A stretch of DNA of 64,000 nt from an uncultured Acidobacteriota bacterium. GTDB lineage: Bacteria > Acidobacteriota > Thermoanaerobaculia > UBA5066 > Gp7-AA6. The stretch covers positions 3,099-67,098 of the forward strand of contig CAVXTP010000024.1 in the NCBI GenBank assembly GCA_963764715.1, given 5' to 3'. The translations under genes were made by a program, and so were the position numbers. The notes under the pieces are model-generated. The model was not told the DNA's origin, searched no databases, and saw only the letters and a list, made by a program, of their open reading frames with translations. Below, piece by piece: positions 31,837 to 40,250 of the stretch (position 1 is its first letter; every line of letters begins with the position of its first letter).

Positions 31837-32997
31837 TCAGGTGTAAGGCCAGCGGACGAGCGTCACGGTCACGGTCGCGGGCGGCGTCGCGGGGCGCGGC
31901 CGGGCGGGCTCGAGCGCCGCGAAGTACCGGGGAAGGACTTCGGCGACGACGGCCGAGGCCTGCGCGGGAGAGGCGCCGGCGGCCGCGGAGGCCGCGTCCG
32001 CCTCGCCCGCCTCCAGGAAGATCCGGCCGATGCTCTGGTCGACCCCGCCGGACTCGGAGAGTCGGGGACGGAGCTCCGCCAGCCTCGCCTTCGCCTGCCC
32101 GGCCGTCAGCTCCCGGACCTTTCCGGTCAGCGGGGCGACCCGCAGCACGGCCTGGAGGTACCGGAGCATCGTGCCGTAGGCCAGACCGGCGGCATCGAGC
32201 TCGCGCGCCTCCTTGAGGGTGGAGCTCGCGGTGATGAAGTCGCGGTGCCGGTCGATCGAGGCCGGCGGCCGGTACGCCGACAGGAGCTCGCCCTCGAGCG
32301 CGTCGAGCTCGGCCTGGAGGCTCCGCATCGGGGGCGGCCGCAGGCTCGAGGGTGTCGAGAGCGTCCGGCAGAAGGCGCCGAGGTCGCGCTGGGCGCGGGC
32401 GACCCCGAGGTAATAGAAGCCGACTTCGGGCATCGTGTTGCGCTCGTACTCGAGGCTCGCGTCGTAGAAGACGCGGACGGCCGGGACCGAGGCCTCGCCG
32501 ACCGCGCGCACGGCCGCCGGCGTCACGCCGTCGAGGGCCTTCGCCGACGGAGCGCCGAGGTCCTTCGCGAGCTCCTGTCCCGTCCGCTTCCAGGCGTCCT
32601 CGAACGCGGCGTCGCTGTTGCGTTCGGCCGCAGGCAGCGATCCGAGGTACTTCGACGCCTCGAGGTCCGGCTGCACGCTCGCCAGGCGCTGGAGCGCGAG
32701 GAGGCGGCGGCCGCCCTGCATGGCCTCCTCGACGCGCCCCATCGCCGGCTCGGCGCCCTGCTTGATCTGGAGCCACATGTCGTCCTTCGACGCGTTCGAC
32801 TTCAAGTAGGCCGACCAGCTCTGGATCGCGGCGGCGAGCGGATCGGCCGCGTGCGGCGGCGACGCGGCGATCGAGGCGAGGGAGGCGGTGGCGACGACCG
32901 CCGCGGCGAGAAGGACGAGACGGGCCGGACGCATCGCGGCCCGGAGCATGGCACGGGAGGCCGCGGCGAATCGCCGGGCGACCCCTGAGGATCTCAT
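31837..32997 (-). CDS. Secreted, mostly alpha-helical hypothetical protein ending at in-frame UGA
   Basis: ATG 32997 forms an ATGA overlap with the upstream protease gene. The N-terminus is MRSSGVARRFAAASRAMLRAAMRPARLVLLAAAVVATASLASIAA, a signal peptide. The ORF ends ...ATVTVTLVRWPYT*, which looks like a thioredoxin beta1 strand. Confidence 0.7.
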   Translation of the reverse strand: MRSSGVARRFAAASRAMLRAAMRPARLVLLAAAVVATASLASIAASPPHAADPLAAAIQSWSAYLKSNASKDDMWLQIKQGAEPAMGRVEEAMQGGRRLLALQRLASVQPDLEASKYLGSLPAAERNSDAAFEDAWKRTGQELAKDLGAPSAKALDGVTPAAVRAVGEASVPAVRVFYDASLEYERNTMPEVGFYYLGVARAQRDLGAFCRTLSTPSSLRPPPMRSLQAELDALEGELLSAYRPPASIDRHRDFITASSTLKEARELDAAGLAYGTMLRYLQAVLRVAPLTGKVRELTAGQAKARLAELRPRLSESGGVDQSIGRIFLEAGEADAASAAAGASPAQASAVVAEVLPRYFAALEPARPRPATPPATVTVTLVRWPYT

Positions 32998-33914
32998 CGG
33001 GAAGTCATTGGCGCGCCGGCCAGGCGCTGGAGCTCGGCCGACTCGAGGGCCCGGACCTCGGCCGGCGTCAGCGCCGCGAGCTGCTCGAGCGTGCGGGTCT
33101 TCCCGGCCTCGCTCGCGATCCGGTAGCCCAGCGCGTAGCCCGATCGCGAGGGAATGTCGAGCTCGGCGCCGCCGAGGAAGAAGCGCGCGTAGTCCTCGCG
33201 CTTCGTGCTGTCGAGCAGCCGCAGGATCTCGGCCGCCAGACCGGGGATCATCGTGTCGGGGACCGACGGCATGCAGCAGATCTGCGAAACCGACAGCTTC
33301 GGATTGAGCCGCCGGCTGACATAGGTCGCGAGGCCCTCGCTCCAGAGCGCCCAGCCGACCGTCTCCGGGTCCTCGGCCACGATCTCGCCGTGGTAGACGT
33401 GGAAGAGCTCGTGCACGACGAGGGGCGAGAGCTCCTCCTCGAGCCGCGCGATGACGTCGAGACCGAACATGAGGGCCGACTTCCCGTCCACGTCGCGCGT
33501 CGCGCCGTCGAAGGCGCCCGCCGAGTAGACGAAGTAGACGGGCGTCGAGCACCGGAACCGCGGAAACGCTTTGCGGAACGCGTCGAGCTCCCCCGGCAGC
33601 TCGGCCGAGAGTCGTGCGGAGAGGTCCCGCATCGAGGCCTCGATCGCCGGCACCGTCTCGAACGACGTCGGGACGAATTCCGCCGGGGGCTTGCGCGCGC
33701 CCTGGAAGACGCCTTCGTACACGGCTCCGTTGGGCTTGCGGACGAGCTCCTCGAAGAGGCGGTACTGCTCGGCGGGGGCCTGGCCGCGGGCCTGTCCCCA
33801 GAACGTCCAGAACGCGGGCATGAGGTCCGCCGTGCGGCAGCCGGGCGCCGGGGGGGACGGCGACGCGAGGGCCGCCGCGAGGAGGATCGACGGGACGAGC
33901 GGAAGCGGAGTCAC
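32994..33914 (-). CDS. Putative Zn-dependent protease, DUF2268-like (HExxH)
   Basis: 306 aa with a signal peptide. The metal motif is VVHELFHVYH. Other family-like blocks are WALWSEGLATYVS and PSRSGYALGY. Confidence 0.7.
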   Translation of the reverse strand: MTPLPLVPSILLAAALASPSPPAPGCRTADLMPAFWTFWGQARGQAPAEQYRLFEELVRKPNGAVYEGVFQGARKPPAEFVPTSFETVPAIEASMRDLSARLSAELPGELDAFRKAFPRFRCSTPVYFVYSAGAFDGATRDVDGKSALMFGLDVIARLEEELSPLVVHELFHVYHGEIVAEDPETVGWALWSEGLATYVSRRLNPKLSVSQICCMPSVPDTMIPGLAAEILRLLDSTKREDYARFFLGGAELDIPSRSGYALGYRIASEAGKTRTLEQLAALTPAEVRALESAELQRLAGAPMTSR

Positions 33915-33950
33915 GCCCTCACATACGAGGGCACGACGGAGAAGTTCGGC

Positions 33951-34286
33951 TCAGGCGCCGTGCGGCGCGCGAGGGCGGCGGATCCGATGAACGGCCACGA
34001 GCAGGAGCGCGGTCGCACCCGTCACCCAGGGCAGCCAGCGCTTGCCGGCCTCGACGTAGAGCCAGGTCATCGCGGCGATGACGACGGCCTCGAGCACCAG
34101 GAAGAGGGCTTCCATGTGCGGGAAGCGCGGCTCGAGCCTCCGGTGCAGGGCCGTCCCGGCGAAGACGACGATCCCCGCGCCGACGAAGAGCGCGACGAAG
34201 AGGGCGTGCTCGGGCCAGTGGTCGGCTTTCGCGACTCCTTTCAGCACGAACACCACGCCGAGAAGGGCATGTCCGAGCGACGTCAT
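33951..34286 (-). CDS. Small hypothetical membrane protein (about 4 TM)
   Basis: MTSLGHALLGVVFVLKGVAKADHW...ALFVALFVGAGIVVFAGTAL...LVLEAVVIAAMTWLYV...ATALLLVAV. Only the C-terminal third of the track ORF 33951..34826 looks protein-like. Confidence 0.5.
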   Translation of the reverse strand: MTSLGHALLGVVFVLKGVAKADHWPEHALFVALFVGAGIVVFAGTALHRRLEPRFPHMEALFLVLEAVVIAAMTWLYVEAGKRWLPWVTGATALLLVAVHRIRRPRAPHGA

Positions 34287-34306
34287 CCGCTCCTGCAGCT
34301 TCACGT

Positions 34307-35062
34307 TCACGGCGCCCTCCACTTCGCGAGGGCCGCGGCCGCGCCCTCCTGCATCGCCCGGGCGTCGTCCGGCGGAACGCTCAGCGGCGCGCCGCCCGCC
34401 GCCGGAAGCTTCGACGGGAGACCCACCGGGGATCGGCCGTAGAGAAGGCCGTAGAACGTGAGCGCGGCGACGTAGGTTCCGGCCGGCGTGGGATGGAGTC
34501 CGTCGGGCGAGTAGAGCGCCAGCGTCGGATCCTTCTTCCGGGCTTCGCGCCACGCCTCTCCCGCCGGGCACAGCAGGCCTCCGACCTGCTTCGCCGCGCC
34601 GGCGTAGGACTGGACGACGCCGTCGAAATCCTCCGGCCGGCTCGTCGACGGCCAGACCATATAGAGCACGGGGCGCGCTCCGACCGCGCGGATCGCCTTC
34701 GCGAATTGGTCCGCGTAGGCGCGCAGGACGGTGATCCCGTCCGAGGAGGCCGAGGGGCCCTGCTGGAGCACCACGTAGTCCCAGCCCCCTTGGGCGATCG
34801 CCTTCTGCGCGTCTCCCTGGTTCCACTGGTCTTCGAGGCTGAAGCCCGGGCCCGTCACCGCGCGGACGAAGGGCCGCGGCTCGCCCGCCGCCTCAGCCAG
34901 AGAGCGGAACATGGCGGGCAGGTCGTTGAAGTAGGTCAGGCTGTTGCCGATGAAGAGAACGTGGATCGGGGCCCGGACCTCCTCGTCCGCGCGCTCCTGG
35001 CCGAGCGCGGCGCCCGTCGCCGCGGCGAGGGCGAGGACGACGGCGAGCCGGCGGCGCCTCAA
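34307..35062 (-). CDS. SGNH/GDSL-like hydrolase, secreted
   Basis: TTG 35062 overlaps the upstream stop (TTGA). The N-terminus LRRRRLAVVLALAAATGAALGQ is a signal peptide. HVLFIGNSLTY is the block I Ser motif. Confidence 0.65.
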   Translation of the reverse strand: MRRRRLAVVLALAAATGAALGQERADEEVRAPIHVLFIGNSLTYFNDLPAMFRSLAEAAGEPRPFVRAVTGPGFSLEDQWNQGDAQKAIAQGGWDYVVLQQGPSASSDGITVLRAYADQFAKAIRAVGARPVLYMVWPSTSRPEDFDGVVQSYAGAAKQVGGLLCPAGEAWREARKKDPTLALYSPDGLHPTPAGTYVAALTFYGLLYGRSPVGLPSKLPAAGGAPLSVPPDDARAMQEGAAAALAKWRAP

Positions 35063-36924
35063 GACGGCGCCTTGACGAGAACCGGGATCGCGACGTGCGA
35101 GGGATGGGAGGACGAGCGGTAGACGCGATGGGTCGCCGCGCGGAAGTCCGCGGCCTTCGCCTCGAAAATGTTGGGCACGAACGTCTGGGGGTTGCGATCG
35201 ATGATCGGGAACCAGGTGCTCTGCACCTGCACCATGATGCGGTGGCCCTTGCGGAACGCAAAGCTCTGCGTGTGGAGGCTGTAGGCGTACTCGAGGACCG
35301 CGCCGGGAGCGATCGGCTCGGGCTTCTCGAAGGACTTCCGGTACCGTCCGCGGAAGACCTCGTTGGAGACCATGAGCTGGTAGCCCGCGAGGTCCCAGTT
35401 CTCCGGGTACCGCTCCGGGTAGACGTCGATGAGCTTGACGACCCAGTCGGCGTCGCTCCCGGTGGTCGAGGCGAAGACGTGCGCCGCGACCTCGCCCGCG
35501 ATCGTCACGTCCTCGGTCAGCGGCTGCGACTCGTAGGTCAGGACGTCCGCCCGGTCGTCGACGAAGCGCTGGTCCTCGACGAGCCAGGTCGGCCACTTCG
35601 ACCCGCCCGGAAAGTACGTCGTCTGGATCGGGCGCCGCCGGTACGGGACCGGGTGCGCGGGATCGGAGAGGTACGCGTCGGACGCCTCGGCCTCGCCGGA
35701 GGCGCCGGGCGGCGGGGCCTCGAACCCGAGGGAGCCGTCCGCCCCGAAATAGAGGTTGCGGACCTGCGTGCGCGCGGCCGGAGGCCACGCCTCCCACCGC
35801 CGCCAGCGGTTCGCTCCGGCCTCGAAGGTCAGGGCCTCGGGAAGGTTGAGAGTTCCGCGATCCTTGAGGTAGTAGGCAAACCAGGGCGCCTGGATCTCCT
35901 CGCGGAAGTACTTCGCCGTCGCGCTGTCGAACGGGATTGCGCCGAGACGGTCGCCGTCGCCGTGCGTCCAGCCGCCGTGGTTCCACGGTCCGACGACGAG
36001 CCGGTTGACGTCCTTCGGATCGTGCTTCTCGAGCGCCGCGTAGATCTGCAGCGGGCCGAAGAAGTCCTCCTGGTCCCACCAGCCGGCGACGTTCAGCGTC
36101 GGCACCGCGACCTCGCGAAGGTGCGGGATGACGGTCTGCTTCTTCCAGAACGCGTCGTAGTCGGGGTGCCCGACGAAGTCGTTCCAGGTCGGGATCTTGC
36201 CGTGGAAGAAGAGGGCGTTGACGTTCGACAGCGGGCCCAGGGCCAGATACCACTTGTAGGTGTCGTAGCGATCGAAGCCGAAGGCCTCCAGGTTCTTGCC
36301 GCTCTCGAGCCAGTACGCGTACTCGAGCCCGTAGCTCAGCCGAAACGCGCCGTTGTGGTGAAAGTCGTCCCCGAGCCACATGTCCGAGGGCGAGGCCTGG
36401 GGGGAAATCGCCTTGAGCGCCGGGTGGGGCTCGAGCGCCCCCATGATCGTCGTCCAGCCGTCGTAGGACACGCCGAGCATCCCGACGCGGCCGTTGTTGC
36501 CGGGGACGTTCTCGAGGAGCCAGGCGATGGTGTCGTACGTGTCGGTGCCCTCGTCCAGCGTCTTCGTGTCACCCGGCGCGCGCGCCGGCCGCTGCATCAC
36601 GAACACGCCCTCCGAACCGAACTTCCCGCGCAGGTCCTCGAAGACGAACACGTAGCCGTCGTCGGCGAACGCCTTGAGCGATCCGTCGAGCCGCTTGCCG
36701 GATTCCGCGACGCCGTAGGGCGTGCGCTGGATCAGGATCGGGAGCGGCCCGTGCGCGGCGCGAGGCTCGAAGATCTTCGCGTGGAGCCGGACGCCGTCGC
36801 GCATCGGGATCATGACGTCCCGATCGACGTACGGCTCCTCGACGCTTCCGGCGCGGGGGACGGCGGCCATCCCACCGAGCGCGAGGCACAGTGCGGCCGC
36901 GGCGGGAACGAGGCGGATCTTCAT
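35059..36924 (-). CDS. CocE/NonD family hydrolase (X-Pro dipeptidyl-peptidase, S15)
   Basis: 621 aa with a signal peptide. Family blocks are IQRTPYG, GMLGVSYDGW (nucleophile elbow) and the PepX_C-like C-terminus. Confidence 0.9.
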   Translation of the reverse strand: MKIRLVPAAAALCLALGGMAAVPRAGSVEEPYVDRDVMIPMRDGVRLHAKIFEPRAAHGPLPILIQRTPYGVAESGKRLDGSLKAFADDGYVFVFEDLRGKFGSEGVFVMQRPARAPGDTKTLDEGTDTYDTIAWLLENVPGNNGRVGMLGVSYDGWTTIMGALEPHPALKAISPQASPSDMWLGDDFHHNGAFRLSYGLEYAYWLESGKNLEAFGFDRYDTYKWYLALGPLSNVNALFFHGKIPTWNDFVGHPDYDAFWKKQTVIPHLREVAVPTLNVAGWWDQEDFFGPLQIYAALEKHDPKDVNRLVVGPWNHGGWTHGDGDRLGAIPFDSATAKYFREEIQAPWFAYYLKDRGTLNLPEALTFEAGANRWRRWEAWPPAARTQVRNLYFGADGSLGFEAPPPGASGEAEASDAYLSDPAHPVPYRRRPIQTTYFPGGSKWPTWLVEDQRFVDDRADVLTYESQPLTEDVTIAGEVAAHVFASTTGSDADWVVKLIDVYPERYPENWDLAGYQLMVSNEVFRGRYRKSFEKPEPIAPGAVLEYAYSLHTQSFAFRKGHRIMVQVQSTWFPIIDRNPQTFVPNIFEAKAADFRAATHRVYRSSSHPSHVAIPVLVKAPS

Positions 36925-36933
36925 CCGGCGAGT

Positions 36934-37386
36934 TTACGTCTTCGGATTGGCCGTCAGCGCGCACGCGGCGATCCGCCACTTCCCGTCGGCTTCCTTCCGC
37001 CAGACGATCAGGAACTTCGAGGTCGACGGCGGGCCGGTCGCGTTCGGGAGGGTCACCGCGGTCGACCCGGTCTCCCAGGCGAGGTCGCCGCCGGGCGCGA
37101 CCTGGACCGAGTCGGTAGTCGCGCGGAACGTGTCGAGTCGGGGCAGGCGCTCGGAGTACATCTTCTGGATCGCGGCCTTCCCCTTCAACGCGGCCTCTCC
37201 GTTGAAGTGAACGACGGCGTCCTCGGCCCAGAACGGCATCACGGCGAGGGCGTCCTTGCGGGCCTCGGCATCCGCGACGCCGCGGCTCGCCTGGCGGACT
37301 TCGGCCTCGGCCTCGGCCGTCGAGGGCCGCCGGCAGGCCGCCGAAAGAAGCAGGAGCCCCAGGAGCGCCGCAGCGCGTACCTTCAT
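36934..37386 (-). CDS. NTF2-like (DUF4440/SnoaL-like) lipoprotein
   Basis: The N-terminus MKVRAAALLGLLLLSAAC is lipobox-like. The C-terminus FLIVWRKEADGKWRIAACA is typical of DUF4440. Confidence 0.65.
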   Translation of the reverse strand: MKVRAAALLGLLLLSAACRRPSTAEAEAEVRQASRGVADAEARKDALAVMPFWAEDAVVHFNGEAALKGKAAIQKMYSERLPRLDTFRATTDSVQVAPGGDLAWETGSTAVTLPNATGPPSTSKFLIVWRKEADGKWRIAACALTANPKT

Positions 37387-37406
37387 GCCTTCTCCTCCGA
37401 CGCGCC

Positions 37407-37979
37407 TCAGTGCTTGAGGACGTCCTCGACTGCCCCGGTGTTCGCGTTGACGATCACCGAGAGACCGCCGTCCTTGCCGTCGGCCTTGCTGTAGTTGATG
37501 TACCAGGTCGCATGCCGATCGCTCGGCGCGGCCGCCGTCCCGAGCGACACGGTGTAGCCCTGCTGGAGGAGGGCCTCGCCGTGCTTCTTCGCGAGCGCGT
37601 AGAGCGCCGCCCCGTCGCGGTAGAAATCGGGCTTCAGGTCCGGGAGGCGGCCGGCCGGACCGGGCTGCGCCCAGCAGGTCAGCGAGCCTCGGAACGTGTT
37701 GATCGCGACGCTCGCGTTCGACTGCGCCGAGAAGAACATCAGGCTCCAGGCCGTCGAGGAGCCGTCCGGCTGGAGGGGGCCGAGGCTCGTGTTCGTGATG
37801 CGGGCCGGGACGGCGTCGGCCTTCCAGGCCTTGGCGTACTTGTCCGCCATCGTCCACATCTCGGAGAGCTTGACCGCCGGGTTCTTCAGCTGGACCGTCT
37901 TGCAGGCTTCCTGGGCGGCCGCCGCGCGCGAGAGGCCGAAAGCCGCGAGAATGACCCAGAGCGCCGCTCGTCTCTTCAT
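37407..37979 (-). CDS. Secreted hypothetical protein
   Basis: ATG 37979 follows AGGGGGAAAA and overlaps the atl-like stop (ATGA). The N-terminus is MKRRAALWVILAAFGLSRAAAAQ. No family recognised. Confidence 0.6.
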   Translation of the reverse strand: MKRRAALWVILAAFGLSRAAAAQEACKTVQLKNPAVKLSEMWTMADKYAKAWKADAVPARITNTSLGPLQPDGSSTAWSLMFFSAQSNASVAINTFRGSLTCWAQPGPAGRLPDLKPDFYRDGAALYALAKKHGEALLQQGYTVSLGTAAAPSDRHATWYINYSKADGKDGGLSVIVNANTGAVEDVLKH

Positions 37980-38401
37980 TTTTCCCCCTTGCTCCATCTC
38001 GTCGTTCGCGACGTCCGCGGGCCATCCTCCGCGGTCCGCCACCGGAAGCGCTCGAGCGAGATCGCTCCCGTCCCGCCGAAACGCACGCCTTCCTTCTCCA
38101 GGAGAAACCGCTGGATCCGGTCCATCGGCCGGCCGTCCGAGCGCAGGCTGATCTTCCCGGCCGCGTTGACGACCCGGTGCCAGGGCACGCGGCTGCCCTC
38201 GGCGAGGGCCGACAGCGCGTAGCCGACCATCCGCGCGTGGCCCGGCAGCCCGGCGGCGCTCGCGATCTGTCCGTAGGTCGCGACGCGGCCGCGTGGAACC
38301 CGCTCGACCGCCGCGTAGATCCGGGCGTACGTTGCGCGCGGCGCGCTCGCGTTGCTCGAGGTCGATGTCTCCGGCAAGGTCCCGCGGATGATACGCCTCA
38401 C
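37976..38401 (-). CDS. Alkyltransferase-like protein (MGMT/Ogt DNA-binding domain with Trp in place of catalytic Cys)
   Basis: The domain reads VPRGRVATYGQIASAAGLPGHARMVGYAL...VPWHRVVNAAGKIS. The PCHR active site is replaced by PWHR. Confidence 0.8.
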   Translation of the reverse strand: MRRIIRGTLPETSTSSNASAPRATYARIYAAVERVPRGRVATYGQIASAAGLPGHARMVGYALSALAEGSRVPWHRVVNAAGKISLRSDGRPMDRIQRFLLEKEGVRFGGTGAISLERFRWRTAEDGPRTSRTTRWSKGEK

Positions 38402-38420
38402 CGGCCGGAGCGCCGAGGGG

Positions 38421-38612
38421 TCAGAAGTGGGCCGGGATCACGGCCTGGCGCGGGATCGCCGCGAGGCGCTCCTTGAAGCAGCGCCCGTGGCAGAACCACG
38501 CCTGGGTCATTCCTTCTTCGGTTTCGACCCGGACGACGCAGGGATCGACCGCCGTGCGTTCGATCACGTGGCCGCAGAAGCAACAGGGACCGCCGATCTC
38601 CGCCTCGCCCAT
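38421..38612 (-). CDS. Small Cys-rich hypothetical protein (63 aa)
   Basis: ATG 38612 follows GGAGAACGA. The sequence MGEAEIGGPCCFCGHVIE...WFCHGRCFKERL contains C-x-C and C-x-x-x-C pairs. Third codon positions are GC-rich. Confidence 0.45.
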   Translation of the reverse strand: MGEAEIGGPCCFCGHVIERTAVDPCVVRVETEEGMTQAWFCHGRCFKERLAAIPRQAVIPAHF

Positions 38613-38707
38613 TCGTTCTCCATTCCGCCCGGAGGGTCCGGGCACACTGCATTGGATTTATCACAGGCAACGGCGAGAGCCATGATGCCGTTGGCTCTGG
38701 ACACGAA

Positions 38708-39238
38708 TCAACCGCAGTATTTCGCTGCGATCCTCCGGACGGTCGTGACGTTGCGGAGCGTCGTCGGCACGCCGAGGGTCTTCTCGATTCGAGACCCGGA
38801 AAAAGGAGAATCGGCGAAGCTCGTCCGGCAGTGCCAGTAGAGCTCGCGCCCGAAGATGCGAAAGAGGTCCGTCGCCGTGCTGCCGCCGACCAGCTTCTTC
38901 GAGACGGCCGCCGGCGGCGCGGCGGAGAGGAAACCGACGTAGAGGCGGTCTCCTTCGCCGAGCGTGAAGGGCTCCCGCCCGGCGGCTTCCGCGAGCTCCT
39001 TCGGAGTCCGCAGGAAGGTCGCGACCTCGTAGCCCAGCGCGTCCTCGAGGCTCGCGGCGAGCCGGGAAGCGAGCGACGCCTCGGACTTCGAAGCGGAGTC
39101 GAAGATCACGTTGCCGCTGGCGATGACGGTCTCCACGCTCGTGCAGCCGGTCTTCTCGAAGATCCGCCGCAGCGCGTCCATCTTGACGACGTGCCCGCCG
39201 ACGTTGATGGCGCGCAGAAACGCGACGTAGCGCGGCAC
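38708..39238 (-). CDS. DUF1697 family protein
   Basis: MPRYVAFLRAINVGGHVVKMDALRRIFEKTGC...TLRNVTTVRRI matches the typical DUF1697 start and end. Confidence 0.85.
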   Translation of the reverse strand: MPRYVAFLRAINVGGHVVKMDALRRIFEKTGCTSVETVIASGNVIFDSASKSEASLASRLAASLEDALGYEVATFLRTPKELAEAAGREPFTLGEGDRLYVGFLSAAPPAAVSKKLVGGSTATDLFRIFGRELYWHCRTSFADSPFSGSRIEKTLGVPTTLRNVTTVRRIAAKYCG

Positions 39239-39289
39239 TCGGACTTCGAGCCTATCCGCGGCCCGCGGATGCGAAGGAGCCGCCCGCCG

Positions 39290-39715
39290 TCATCGCTTCT
39301 CGGCGACGTAGATCTTGTTGACGATCCTCCACTCGTCGCCGAGCTTGAGGAGATTGAGGTAGTCCGTGTAGGTCGAGTCCGGGTAGGCCTCGACGACCTT
39401 CACCGCGGCGGCGGAGCCCGTGACGTCCACGGCCGCGATCCGGAGGTCGCCGGTCTCTTCCTTGCCGGCGTTCTTCCGGAAGCCCTCGTACCACTGCTCC
39501 TGCGTGAGCTGGCCGAGCGTCCCGTCCTTCTTCCGGAAGAAGAGCCTCGCTTCCGGATAGAACGCCTTCTTGAGGCTGTCGACGTCGTTGAACTTGAGGC
39601 CGTGCAGGTAGGACTCGACCGTCTGCCTCACGGCGGCGGCGTCGGCGGAAGGTTCCGCGGCTCGAACCGCCGCCGCGCAGGCCAGGACGAGACCGAACGC
39701 CAGGGCTCTCCTCAC
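39290..39715 (-). CDS. NTF2-like (putative lumazine-binding/SnoaL-like) secreted protein
   Basis: GTG 39715 overlaps the upstream stop (GTGA). The N-terminus RRALAFGLVLACAAAVRA is a signal peptide. The body includes VESYLHGLKFNDVDSLKKAF...DEWRIVNKIY. Confidence 0.65.
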   Translation of the reverse strand: MRRALAFGLVLACAAAVRAAEPSADAAAVRQTVESYLHGLKFNDVDSLKKAFYPEARLFFRKKDGTLGQLTQEQWYEGFRKNAGKEETGDLRIAAVDVTGSAAAVKVVEAYPDSTYTDYLNLLKLGDEWRIVNKIYVAEKR

Positions 39716-40248
39716 GGTGTCTCCTTCTCCGCGCGCAGGCGGATGGAATCGAAGAAGGCGTCGACCGAGGCCTCGTGGAGGATGTCGCGCGTCTCGGCCG
39801 TGTACGTGATGCTGTAGAAGCCGTCGCCCGAGTCGATCATGATCACCCGGTGGGGAGGCGGCCGGTCGGGCTTGGAGCCATAGAGCTCGACGCTCAGGTA
39901 GCGGATCTTCGCCGGGTCGAGGCCCTTCGGCTGCCAGCGCTCCGCGAGCATGTCCGGGAAGGACTGGCGCGTGACGGCCATGTCGGCGCGAACGAAGGAC
40001 TCGAGGTCCGCGAGCGCCGGCACTTTCGGGTCCTTCGCCTGGTACGCGATCGCGATGGCGCGGTCGGTGTTCTGGGGGGTCTTTCCCTTCGGGAGGAACA
40101 TCAGCTCGACGCCGGCCTTGCGGGCCCCGGGGGCGTCCATGACCCACCCCGCGGGCACGTCGTAGGTCAGCGTGGCGGGCCCCGGCGCTCCCGCGGCCGT
40201 CCCCACGAGGGCCGCCGCCGCGAAGAAGCCTCGTCCCGCGGCGCGCAT
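39712..40248 (-). CDS. Secreted hypothetical protein
   Basis: It starts MRAAGRGFFAAAALVGTAAGA. The start lies 2 nt downstream of the argF stop. No family recognised. Confidence 0.55.
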   Translation of the reverse strand: MRAAGRGFFAAAALVGTAAGAPGPATLTYDVPAGWVMDAPGARKAGVELMFLPKGKTPQNTDRAIAIAYQAKDPKVPALADLESFVRADMAVTRQSFPDMLAERWQPKGLDPAKIRYLSVELYGSKPDRPPPHRVIMIDSGDGFYSITYTAETRDILHEASVDAFFDSIRLRAEKETP

Positions 40249-40250
40249 GG

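Noticed and set aside
30827-32776. 649-aa minus-strand ORF
   Set aside because: It is in a different frame from the signal-peptide/thioredoxin ORFs. Its product is extremely Arg/Pro/Gly-rich and it overlaps the mgtC-family gene antisense.
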